Part shown: positions 55,672 through 64,000 of the stretch, piece after piece
Position numbering within the stretch: the stretch's first letter is position 1
Layout of the letters: every line of letters begins with the position of its first letter
Assembly: GCA_963757265.1 (NCBI GenBank)
Contig: CAVWRA010000010.1
Span: 344,627 to 408,626, forward strand
Length of the DNA: 64,000 nucleotides
Direction of reading: 5' to 3'
DNA from: Terriglobia bacterium
Lineage (GTDB): Bacteria > Acidobacteriota > Terriglobia > Bryobacterales > Bryobacteraceae
Notes under the pieces: model-generated
What the model saw: the letters and a program-made list of their open reading frames with translations, nothing else
What the model was told of the DNA's origin: nothing
Databases searched by the model: none
Program-made: the position numbers and the translations under genes

Positions 55672-56466
55672 ATGTTGCGACGCGATCTTATTCTCTTCAG
55701 CCTGGCCGCCATGGCGTGCTTCGCCCAGGCCCCTTCGGCCATTCAGGACGGCGACCAGCACGGCGACGCGCCGTACATGCTCGAGCCGGGCTGGACGGCG
55801 TTGTTCAATGGCCGTGACCTGACCGGCTGGCACGGCCAGGACCCGAATCAGAAGAATGAATGGTTCACCACCACGGCCGTGTTCTACGACCGCCTGCTGA
55901 ATCCCAAGAGCCTCACGGCGCATGGGGGCCCGGGCGACCGCATGATCAATGGTCTGCGCGGCCGCACCACGGACCTAGTGACCGACCAGAAGTTCGGCGA
56001 CATGGAACTGTATCTGGAATTCATGCTCGCCAAGAGCTCGAACTCCGGCATCTACGTGCACAGCCTGTATGAGTGCCAGATCTTCGACAGCTTCGGCTCG
56101 GAGCAGCCCATGACGTCATCCGACGGCGGCGCGATCTATCACCGTTGGATTAACGAGCAGGGCGTGGGCGGCTCGGCGCCGCGCGTGAACGCGTCGCTCG
56201 CGCCGGGGCGGTGGCAGAGTTACCAGATCTGGTTCCAGGCGCCGCGGTTCGATGCGAGCGGAAAAAAGACCGCGAACGCGAAATTCCTGCGCGTGTTGTA
56301 CAACGGCATTGTGGTCCAGGAGAACGTCGAGATTGACGGTCCCACGCGGGCCCACATGGAGATCCCAGAGGCGGCGGAGAATTCGCTGATGATCCAGGGC
56401 GATCACGGCCCGGTGGCGGTGCGCAATATTTACTGGAGGCCGTTGCGGCCGCTGGTGGTACGCTGA
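55672..56466 (+). CDS. DUF1080-domain protein (3-keto-disaccharide hydrolase-like jelly roll), secreted
   Basis: Signal peptide MLRRDLILFSLAAMACFAQA. WTALFNGRDLTGW, SNSGIYVHSLYECQIFDSFG, GDHGPVAVRNI match the DUF1080 pattern. Confidence 0.75.
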   Translation: MLRRDLILFSLAAMACFAQAPSAIQDGDQHGDAPYMLEPGWTALFNGRDLTGWHGQDPNQKNEWFTTTAVFYDRLLNPKSLTAHGGPGDRMINGLRGRTTDLVTDQKFGDMELYLEFMLAKSSNSGIYVHSLYECQIFDSFGSEQPMTSSDGGAIYHRWINEQGVGGSAPRVNASLAPGRWQSYQIWFQAPRFDASGKKTANAKFLRVLYNGIVVQENVEIDGPTRAHMEIPEAAENSLMIQGDHGPVAVRNIYWRPLRPLVVR

Positions 56467-56487
56467 GGCGACCGCGTCCCAACAGGT

Positions 56488-57264
56488 CTAGCTCATGACC
56501 AGCGGGCGAATGGCCCGCGCCCGGCCCGACTCCTCATCCACGTCAATGACGACGGCGTGCAACTCGACCCAGCCCTTGGCGGCCTCGAAGCGCACGGGTA
56601 GGGCGGTCAGGAAGCGGTGGATGACGGTCTGGCGCTCGACGCCGATGACGCTCTCGTAAGGGCCGGTCATGCCGCAGTCGGTCAGGTAGGCGGTGCCGCC
56701 GGGCAGCAGGCGCGCGTCGGCGGTGGGGATGTGCGTGTGGGTGCCGATGACGGCCGAGACACGCCCGTCCAGGTACCAGCCCATGGCGACCTTCTCGCTG
56801 GTCGCTTCAGCATGGAAGTCCACGAATCGAACCTTCACCGCGGCGGGGATCCGCTGCAGCAGCTCGTCGGCCTTGCGGAACGGATCGTCGATCGCCGCCA
56901 TTTGGACGCGGCCCTGGAGATTGATCACGGCGCAGGATACGCCGTTGCGCGCCTGGCCAATCCAGAGGCCCGAGCCGGGCAGCGATTCGGCATAGTTGGC
57001 CGGACGCAACAGGCGGGGCTCGCGGGGCAGAAAATCGTAGACCTCGCGCTTGTCCCAAACGTGGTTGCCGGTGGTCAGGACTTCCAGTCCCATCGCGAAC
57101 AATTCCTGTGCCACGGCCGGGGTGACGCCGAAGCCGCCGGCCGCGTTTTCAGCATTGGCGATCGCCAATCCGATCTTTTCCGCGCTGATGATAGGCTGCA
57201 AATGCTGTTCGACAATCCGTCGTCCGGACGAGGCGAAGATATCGCCGATGAACAGGATATTCAT
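56488..57264 (-). CDS. YmdB-family (TIGR00282) metallophosphoesterase
   Basis: MNILFIGDIFASSGRR, NAENAAGGFG, TTGNHVWDK, DFHAEATSEK, IGTHTHIPTAD. Confidence 0.85.
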   Translation of the reverse strand: MNILFIGDIFASSGRRIVEQHLQPIISAEKIGLAIANAENAAGGFGVTPAVAQELFAMGLEVLTTGNHVWDKREVYDFLPREPRLLRPANYAESLPGSGLWIGQARNGVSCAVINLQGRVQMAAIDDPFRKADELLQRIPAAVKVRFVDFHAEATSEKVAMGWYLDGRVSAVIGTHTHIPTADARLLPGGTAYLTDCGMTGPYESVIGVERQTVIHRFLTALPVRFEAAKGWVELHAVVIDVDEESGRARAIRPLVMS

Positions 57265-57461
57265 GCGGGGTCCTCTAACAGGCTAGCGAAGATCTGCCCG
57301 GTTGCGGGACCGGCCGAGGTGTGGGCCGGCCTCCAGCCTGGGCAGGTGCTTCGAAATGCACCCCGGCCGGCTCGTCATCCGGCGCGGATCAGCCTAAAGT
57401 AAGTCTCGGGAGAGCCGATTGTTCAAGTGTGCCCTCGCCGGGCGGCGCAGGAGAATCGAAG

Positions 57462-57899
57462 ATGGCATTTCTGGTTTGGGAGCCAGCGTTCAGCGTGGGA
57501 GTTTGGGAGATCGACCGGCAGCACAGGTCTCTGATCGGGTTGATCAACCAACTCCACGAGGCGCAGGCGGGCGACGGTCCGCAACAGAAGCTGCAGGGGG
57601 TTTTCGCAGCGACGGTGGATTACGTCCGGAATCACTTTGTGTTCGAGGAATCGTACCTGGAGCGGCTAGGCTACGAAGATCTCGAACGTCACAAGGAGAG
57701 GCACCAGGAACTCCTGAGCCAGCTCGGACAGATGCGGCGGCTGTTCGACGCGGGGCCTTGGACCGTGAGCCCCGAGCTGGTCAGATTTCTGAAGGAATGG
57801 GTGACCTCTCACATTCTGCAGTGTGATCGCGGCTACGCCAGCCTGGCCGCGCGGAAGAACCAGCGGCTGATGATGACCGTGTCGGTGGACGAGATGTGA
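57462..57899 (+). CDS. hemerythrin-like metal-binding protein (bacteriohemerythrin)
   Basis: From ATG 57462: MAFLVWEPAFSVGVWEIDRQHRSLI, HFVFEESYL, HKERHQELL, WVTSHILQCDRGY carry the His/Glu/Asp iron ligands. Confidence 0.8.
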   Translation: MAFLVWEPAFSVGVWEIDRQHRSLIGLINQLHEAQAGDGPQQKLQGVFAATVDYVRNHFVFEESYLERLGYEDLERHKERHQELLSQLGQMRRLFDAGPWTVSPELVRFLKEWVTSHILQCDRGYASLAARKNQRLMMTVSVDEM

Positions 57900-58066
57900 A
57901 GGGCGACGCCCGGCGTGTGCGCGCCAGCGCGCCTAAGCGGAGGTGATGCGGTGGAAAAGGAGTGATGAGCTCAGATCCCGGGAGCCCTGTCATTTGCGGA
58001 AATGCGGCATTACAGCACCCTGGAAGAGATGGTCCCAGCCCTGATAAACTCGAAGACGTCCCCTCG

Positions 58067-58151
58067 GCGGACGTGGCGGAACTGGCAGACGCACCAGACT
58101 TAGGATCTGGCGGGGCGACCCATGGGAGTTCGAGTCTCCCCGTCCGCACCA
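58067..58151 (+). tRNA. tRNA-Leu, anticodon UAG, encoded CCA
   Basis: Hand-folded. Acceptor GCGGACG/CGTCCGC, anticodon stem CCAGA/TCTGG with loop CTTAGGA, long variable arm (class II), T-arm GGGAG-TTCGAGT-CTCCC, discriminator A + CCA. Confidence 0.9.
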
Positions 58152-58221
58152 TTTTGAAAATAAACGACTTGATTGGATCATTGCGCCCGGCCTGAAGCCC
58201 CACCAGCCTTCTCTGGTGCAA

Positions 58222-59325
58222 CTATTTTGCAACGCTTGGCGCTTCTGCCGCTCGGCGGGTTTCATCGATGTGCGCCTGGAGCTTCACCGCCGCGCCTAGG
58301 CGGTCCGCTTCGGAAGTAATGTTGTAGCGGTCGAATATCGCGCGCGTTCTGTGTCCGCTGATCGCCATGGCGACGCGCTCGGGTACCCCGGCCCGTACCA
58401 AATTGCGCACGCCGGTGCGACGCAAGTCGTGAAAGATCACGCTTGGATGGCCGGTCTTTTCATCGCCCTGCCATAGCCCTGCACGTCTGCAGGCGTTGGC
58501 CCAGCCGGTCCGCATGTCGCGAATCGGCTCTCCCGTCTCCCCAAAAAAGACCACGCGACAGCCGGGGAATTGTGCATCGCGCCGCGCCTTTTGAAGGGTC
58601 AGCGTCTCGCGCAACTCGGTGGCCAGTGGAATCACGCGCGAGTCGTCGTTCATCGTCGCGCCAGGATCGAGCCGCACAATGCCTCGGGCCAGGTCCACCT
58701 GACGCCATTGAAGATCGACGATCTCCCCATCCCGGCAACCTGTGAGATAGGCGAACCCGACCAGCGGCTTGAGATGCTCCGGCAGCTCCGTCAGCAGCGC
58801 GCGGTATTGCGTGTCCTCGAGAAATCCTTTCCGGACCTTGTTCTCTCTGAGCATCGGGAATCGGAGCGCACGCTGTATTTTGGGCGGCGATGCCAGATGA
58901 GCCAGATTGAAAGCCCGCCGCAGTAGAGCCAGCTCGCGGTTGATGGTACCATTCGCAGCACCCGCCTTCTGGCGCCGGGCGACATACTGGCGCAAAGTGT
59001 CCGTGCCGACCCGCACAGCTATCTGATCACCGAGCGCCGGCAGCAAGTGAACACGCGCAACCGATTCGACCCAAGCAAAGCTCTTTGCGTTGATCTTGTA
59101 GTCCGCCAGGAGATCGTCTAACAAAGCCGCCACCGTCAGCGATCGCAGTTCCACACCAGCGCCGCTCAGATCCCTATCGCGCTCTGCGGCTTGCGCCTAG
59201 GACTTTGCGTCCTCCTTCGTCGCAGTGATCACGCGATTTCGGAACTGCTGTTTGCCCCTTCCATCGCGCCCCAGAAACACGCGCACAAGCCATTTGCCTC
59301 TCGCCTGTTGTTTAGTTTGCGCCAC
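58222..59325 (-). pseudogene. tyrosine-type site-specific integrase with a single in-frame TAG (codon 43)
   Basis: AGGAGG + GVG-context GTG at 59325 gives VAQTKQQARGKWLVRVFLGRDGRGKQQFRNRVITATKEDAKS-TAG(59199-59197)-AQAAERDRDLSGAGVELRSLTV... in the same frame as the 310-aa ORF. Catalytic residues look intact: R (LTGCRDGEI), HDLRRTG, Y (FDRYNI). Confidence 0.8.
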
Positions 59326-59582
59326 CCTTCACCTCCTGCAATTCTGCAGAATACAGATGAAGACACTCCCGACAGACACAGTTCGAAATCGGGTTCTCGG
59401 CGTTCGATTGTTCGCTATCGTAAGAGAAGCCGTCATCGCGCTGAAATCGCGGTCTCGGTCAGAGGCCCTTGCGAGTTCGCCGCTCGCTCGGGCCTCGCAC
59501 CGATATTGCGCCGGTCCCTCTCGCCTTGCAAGCGCGCCTTCTACGAGGGAGGAACTAGCCCAAAAAACCCGACGCCTTCCAC

Positions 59583-59790
59583 TTATTTACGGGTCAGAAT
59601 TCCGTTGACGGTGAAGTCGCGCCAGGGTTTGCCGGTGCGGGTAGGAACACCCTCCGCGGTCAGCGCCGCTGCGATCCGGTCGAAGCCGAGGCCATCGGCC
59701 CGGAGCGCCTTCATGCGGGCCAGCGCCCTGCCGCACAGCGCGGATTCCACTTCGCTTCTCAGCCGTTGACGCCCGGATCGGCCATCGCGC
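59583..59790 (-). pseudogene. remnant of a serine-recombinase (resolvase/invertase-type) C-terminal HTH region
   Basis: Minus frame reads ..GRDGRSGRQRLRSEVESALCGRALARMKALRADGLGFDRIAAALTAEGVPTRTGKPWRDFTVNGILTRK*. The ..GLxxxxIAAxLxxxGVPTxxGxxWxxxTVxxIL pattern is typical of recombinase HTH tails. No catalytic N-terminal domain upstream. Confidence 0.4.
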
Positions 59791-60098
59791 CCCGCCCGCC
59801 CAGGACCTAATCGGGCAATCGCCGGTCAGAGTTGACCGGCCGTAAGCCAGTGTCCGGTAACGTCGTTTACCATTCCCTGTCCGCCCGAATCGCCGGGAAA
59901 TGGCTGAATGATAAGTCCAGGCCCAGACCAATGAGGCAAACCGGTCTCATGTTCGCTGAAGATGCCATTCGCGTTCCGAAAAACGGCAAGTCACATCGGC
60001 AGAGTTCTCCAGTTCGTTAACGCGAGCCGTCAGCGACGGGTAACAGGCCAGGCACCAGCAAGAACACATATCGCGCGTTGACTCGGAGCCAGCGTAGA

Positions 60099-61508
60099 TC
60101 ATACCGCCTCCAGGGCGGCCTGCAGCATGGCCCTGGTGTAGGCCACGCTGAATGTGACTCCGCCGTAGCCGCCGCCGCCGGGGTAGCCGGGGATGCGGCC
60201 GCGGTCGCGGTCGTAGTCCAGAGCGCGCGGATGCTCGGGATAGATTGTCCCGGCGTACTGGTTCTTCACAAGGGCCTTCATCACGCCGAACATGTCCACC
60301 ACGCCGGCGTCGACGAACAACTCCGCGTACTTCTCGTACGGCTTCACCACCGAGACGTTGCGGTAGTGCACGTGGTTGATGCGCTCGCGGCTGGCGAAGT
60401 AGTTCGCGACCTCCACAGGATCCTCGCCCATCTCCCTGGTGACTCCGCAATCGAACGTAATTCCGTTGACAGGACTGTCAACGATCTCAATGAGGTGCTT
60501 CCAGCCCGCGACAGAACCCATGATCTGCCCCGAGCCGCGGCTGATGGGCGCGGGCGGATCGTTGGGGTGCAGCGCCAGACGGACACCTGCCTTCCCGGCC
60601 GCAGGAACCGCAGCCTTAAGGAAGTAGGTGATGTTGTTCCACATCTCGTCCAGGCTGTGGGCGCCTTCGCTGGCCAGAGGGGGCAGGTCCCGGACTTTGA
60701 TCCTGCGGGCGTTGGGATTCGCCTGCAAGGTCTCGGGCGTCAACTGGCCCGATTCGTCGCGCAGCAGGCCCGGCACAATCACCCCGCTCTCATCGACCAG
60801 CACTTCGAGATCGTAGTCGAAGCCCGTGTAGCCCGAGTTCGCCCTGCCTACCTGTTCGTAATAACCCTCGACCACGCGGTGCGCATAAAAGTTGTACTCG
60901 ATCACCGGAAGCCCGGCCTTCCCCGCGGCCTGGATGGAGGCGATGGTCAGCTCCATGTCTTTGTCGCGGCCGTCACGGCCATAGAGGATGGTGCTCGGGA
61001 TGCCGATCATCGCGTTGTATGCAACCAAGCCGTGGTCCCTGGCGGTCTGAATGGCGCCGCGAACGTTCTCTTCCCGCCATGGGAAGCCGCCAACGCTCAC
61101 TCCTACCACGTGCGTCACGCCGAGTTGGCGGATGCGCTGATAAGCAGCAGGGTTGCCGGCGGCGACTCGTCCAACCGGGGCTGCGGCGGTCTGTGCGGTT
61201 TCCGGCCTGGGCGCCAGGGTTCCGCCGAAGCCGCTTCCGCGGTTTGTCGCCCGCGCCGCTCCGGCGCCCGCAACCGGCGGCCCACCTCCAGTGCCGCTGC
61301 CGTCCGGTCCTTGGTTCTGAGGCTGCAGGCTGGCGGGCAGCGGCCCGCCGCCATCACCCAAGCCCAGGCAGATCTTCGGAGTATCCGGACCTTCCTCAAT
61401 CGGCCACGGGCGCGCCGCGGGCGCGGCGTTCGCAATCTCGACAGACTGCCCGACGGCTGCAGCTCCCAGGCCCTGCATCATCGTTCTTCGGGAAATGCGG
61501 AATTCCAA
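60099..61508 (-). CDS. UxuA (mannonate dehydratase)-like TIM-barrel protein with twin-arginine signal and Gly/Pro-rich linker
   Basis: Likely TTG start at 61508, preceded by GGAGG. ISRRTMMQGLGAAAVG is a Tat motif. C-terminal RLALHPNDPP, FDCGV, INHVHYRNV, YPEHP resemble the UxuA/xylose-isomerase-like fold. Confidence 0.55.
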   Translation of the reverse strand: MEFRISRRTMMQGLGAAAVGQSVEIANAAPAARPWPIEEGPDTPKICLGLGDGGGPLPASLQPQNQGPDGSGTGGGPPVAGAGAARATNRGSGFGGTLAPRPETAQTAAAPVGRVAAGNPAAYQRIRQLGVTHVVGVSVGGFPWREENVRGAIQTARDHGLVAYNAMIGIPSTILYGRDGRDKDMELTIASIQAAGKAGLPVIEYNFYAHRVVEGYYEQVGRANSGYTGFDYDLEVLVDESGVIVPGLLRDESGQLTPETLQANPNARRIKVRDLPPLASEGAHSLDEMWNNITYFLKAAVPAAGKAGVRLALHPNDPPAPISRGSGQIMGSVAGWKHLIEIVDSPVNGITFDCGVTREMGEDPVEVANYFASRERINHVHYRNVSVVKPYEKYAELFVDAGVVDMFGVMKALVKNQYAGTIYPEHPRALDYDRDRGRIPGYPGGGGYGGVTFSVAYTRAMLQAALEAV

Positions 61509-61906
61509 TGTAGAACCTCCGTGTATCAATATTGACAACTTTTTTTCGGGCTGGAGTCTCAGCGATTCAGGAGCCGGGGCCGGGTTTGTCCATCCCAGCA
61601 GTCTTGAGACTGAATCCGACACTTGCGACTTGTGGTGCGGCACTCAAGCGCGAATGGCGGTCAGTTGGTCGAAGCCGTCGCCCCGGCCATGGCAGATGTG
61701 TGGAAAAGGAAAACTCTCAGGGTGATCAATTACTGCTTGATCACCGTTTCCGGTAACGCCGTCTATCGACCACTGGTCCGACATGCGAGCTGCGCGCTCG
61801 TGGGCAAGGCGGATGACCGGACGCAAGGACGTTCATCGAGATTGATCCTGACTGGTCCCTGCGTGATCGCAGTAACGATCCTCCCGTTTACGTATATTTG
61901 ATTTTC

Positions 61907-61935
61907 TTGTACAGTCAGAACAGCGGTGGTATGAT
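61907..61935 (+). promoter_or_regulatory. sigma70-like promoter candidate
   Basis: TTGTAC (61907-61912), 17-nt spacer, TATGAT (61930-61935), about 100 nt upstream of ATG 62036. Confidence 0.35.
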
Positions 61936-62035
61936 CCGCAGCCAAGGGGATGCCTGCGGCAGTGAGGTGGCCCGTTCGCGAATGCGCGAGCCGGGGGTTG
62001 GAAGCGCCAGCGGAATCAAGGGCGGAGGAACAGAG

Positions 62036-64000
62036 ATGAGCGTCCGACAATACATCAGCATCGCCGCGCTGGGTGGGTTTTGTTCTCTTGCCAGTGCCGA
62101 CGACATACAGACCAATGTGACGTACGTCTGCAATGGCGAACGTCTATTTATCGAGAGCTGCAACATCCGCGACCTTTCGGACAACTCCACGTGCATGGTG
62201 GCGCACCCGGACAAGATGCGGCCCAACGGCTTTCCGACGTATACCAACGAAACGCGCGGAACGCTGAAGAAGCTGTTGCCCACCTGCCAGCAGCCGTCGG
62301 CGAAAGCCGTGGCGCGGGTCCAGGATGCGCAGAAGAAATGGCAGGACCAGTACAACGCCGCCGTGAATCCGCCTGCGCCGGCCAGGCCGGCTGCCGGCGC
62401 GCCGCAAATCACTCCGGTCAATGTCAATCCCGCCGCGCAGTCGGCCGACGAGCGCGCAACCACCCGCTGCATCACCGCCGGACGGTCGCCGACGCTGTGC
62501 GGCGAAAACTCCCTCGGCGGGTGGTTTGAAGGCGCGATCAGCCAGGGCGTTGCCATGGCCAACGCGATCGCGCCGGGTTCCGCCGACAAGCTTTCGAAGG
62601 CCACCAAGCCACTGCCGCCGGGACTGGAAATCGCCGGCAACTATGTGGGCGGCGGCAACTGGCGCCTGCAGTTTGACGATCGTTCCGCCATGCTGAGCTG
62701 CGGCGACCTCGACCAGGAGCAGCGTTTTTACACCATCGGGATCGTCAACAACCAGGCCGCGATCAAAGTCGAGATCACGCCCAAGCCGCTCACCCTCAAT
62801 CTGCGGCCGGATGGGATGCTGGCGGGCGCGGGTCCGGTTGTCGTGGATGGACGGGTGGTGTCCGGGGCCGGCAGCGTAACGGCCTCCAACGGCAAGTGGG
62901 TGAGCACGGAATCCACGACAACGCAAAAGCTCACGCCGATGGAAGCGCAGCAGTACTCGGGCCAATCGAACCTCCACACGGATGGCCAGTACTACACGCT
63001 GACCAACAAGAACACCACGACCAGCTATCAGCCGGGCACGACCACTTACAGCGGTCCCAGCTATGCGGCCAAGACGGAAACCTGCCCCACGCCGATTCTG
63101 AAGAGCGGAGACAAGACCCAACTGGACGCGCTCAAGGGGCTGACCGAGTCGATGCTCGGGGGCGAAAGCGGTCCGCCGACTCCCGCGGGGTTGAGAATGC
63201 ACGGCGCCTTCGTTGCTCCCACCGGATTCAGCGTCGAGTTCTTCCCGGAGTCCGCCATTCTGGGCTGTGGGCAGGCGGCGCGGGCGTATCCTTATACGAT
63301 CGTCGCCAACGGCAGGGAAGCGGTGGTGCGAGTCGATGCGCCCGGCCATGCCGTAGTGCTGGCGCTCAGGCCGGATAACACGCTCGACCCGGGGTCCGGA
63401 GATTACGAGGTGCAGGGCCGCAGGATCGCCGGAAAGAACGCTGACGGCGACTTCGTTTTTTCGCCGTTGAATCAGACTTGCGCTCTGGGAGTGCTCAAGC
63501 CGGGGCCGATTCCCACTGCGGCGGCGGCGACATTGGTGGCCGCGTCGAATTCTTCGGACACGGGCATGCCCACGAACCGCACCGCGACCGGGAATGCCGT
63601 TCTCTCCGTGAGCGCTTTCCCGCCGCAGTCCGGCCCGGCCAATTCCCTGGCCATGCATCCGATGTTTCTCCTGAAGAACAGCTTCAGCGAAGTGCTGCTG
63701 AGGAGCGGCATGCAGCCACCCCCGGGCAAGACGCCGATACAGGGTTGGGACCTGGCATGCCAGAAGTCGTTGCCGCAATGTGCCCAGGCGCTCAACGGCC
63801 TGCAGCCCTATATGGCTGCCGTGGTGAAGTTCGATGCCTCGGGCAAAGCGACATTCCTGGGCGTTCCCCCGGGCTCGTACTACCTCTTCGGCACGACTCA
63901 CGCCAACCACCTCGCGCTCTCGTGGGAGCTGCGCGTGGACCTGAAGCCGGGAGCGAATTCCCTCGTGCTGGATCAGAAGAACGCGGAGATGTTGCATTAG
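62036..64000 (+). CDS. hypothetical secreted protein (654 aa)
   Basis: GGAGGAACAGAG-ATG at 62036. Signal peptide MSVRQYISIAALGGFCSLASA. Stop TAG at 63998-64000. No motif recognised. The ORF-track TTG start at 61898 is unlikely. Confidence 0.6.
   Translation: MSVRQYISIAALGGFCSLASADDIQTNVTYVCNGERLFIESCNIRDLSDNSTCMVAHPDKMRPNGFPTYTNETRGTLKKLLPTCQQPSAKAVARVQDAQKKWQDQYNAAVNPPAPARPAAGAPQITPVNVNPAAQSADERATTRCITAGRSPTLCGENSLGGWFEGAISQGVAMANAIAPGSADKLSKATKPLPPGLEIAGNYVGGGNWRLQFDDRSAMLSCGDLDQEQRFYTIGIVNNQAAIKVEITPKPLTLNLRPDGMLAGAGPVVVDGRVVSGAGSVTASNGKWVSTESTTTQKLTPMEAQQYSGQSNLHTDGQYYTLTNKNTTTSYQPGTTTYSGPSYAAKTETCPTPILKSGDKTQLDALKGLTESMLGGESGPPTPAGLRMHGAFVAPTGFSVEFFPESAILGCGQAARAYPYTIVANGREAVVRVDAPGHAVVLALRPDNTLDPGSGDYEVQGRRIAGKNADGDFVFSPLNQTCALGVLKPGPIPTAAAATLVAASNSSDTGMPTNRTATGNAVLSVSAFPPQSGPANSLAMHPMFLLKNSFSEVLLRSGMQPPPGKTPIQGWDLACQKSLPQCAQALNGLQPYMAAVVKFDASGKATFLGVPPGSYYLFGTTHANHLALSWELRVDLKPGANSLVLDQKNAEMLH

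Larger units (their letters stand above)
58152..64000. mobile_element. putative tRNA-Leu-associated integrated island (right end beyond the window)
   Basis: A tyrosine integrase gene starts 70 bp from the tRNA 3' end, followed by a recombinase remnant and a decayed, lower-GC stretch. No copy of the tRNA 3' end (attR) is seen before 64000, so the extent is unknown. Confidence 0.4.

Noticed and set aside
59800-59950. A minus-strand frame reading ..PFPGDSGGQGMVNDVTGHWLTAGQL*, with a GDSGG motif like S1 serine proteases.
   Set aside because: There is no start codon, only ~50 codons are open, and no His/Asp catalytic regions lie upstream. It could be chance or a tiny remnant and is not supportable as a feature.
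58152-64000. Search for attR (a repeat of the tRNA-Leu 3' end, gagttcgagtctccccgtccgcacca) within the window.
   Set aside because: I could not find it by eye, so the island boundary is not defined here. The island call is kept at low confidence.

Overview
GC-rich bacterial chromosomal segment. The gene content points to Acidobacteria, possibly Solibacter/Bryobacter-like: a giant CarboxypepD_reg/TonB-type outer-membrane protein, a PEP-CTERM protein, a wHTH-TPR regulator, a Ser/Thr-kinase-FGE fusion, DUF1080, RCC1-repeat proteins and GH78. This assignment is inferred from gene content only; no search was run. I support about 45 CDSs, one tRNA-Leu(UAG), four pseudogenes or gene remnants, three sigma70-like promoter candidates and seven copies of dispersed non-coding repeats. 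Most genes are housekeeping or envelope functions (thrC, sthA, glgC, rfbD, ruvX, mltG, ymdB-like, peptidases). I see no recognisable defence system, CRISPR array, rRNA or intact transposase. Five things are not explained by ordinary annotation. (1) Two separate cases where an intact gene 3' end (sthA, rfbD) is repeated downstream as a displaced remnant, bracketing an inserted sugar-modification-type cassette. The sthA repeat differs almost only at synonymous sites. (2) A superfamily of 180-270 bp elements bounded by terminal inverted repeats (MITE-like), at five intergenic sites between 12 and 34 kb. (3) A separate ~300 bp conserved non-coding module with 10-bp-phased TGTCG boxes and palindromes, present in inverted orientation in two convergent intergenic regions. 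(4) A tRNA-Leu-associated island whose integrase carries one in-frame amber codon, next to a recombinase remnant. (5) Two orphan TadZ/CpaE-like ATPases whose receiver domains both have Glu in place of the phospho-acceptor Asp; one lies upstream of a 1277-aa double-RCC1-propeller secreted protein. All homology calls come from reading motifs by eye.
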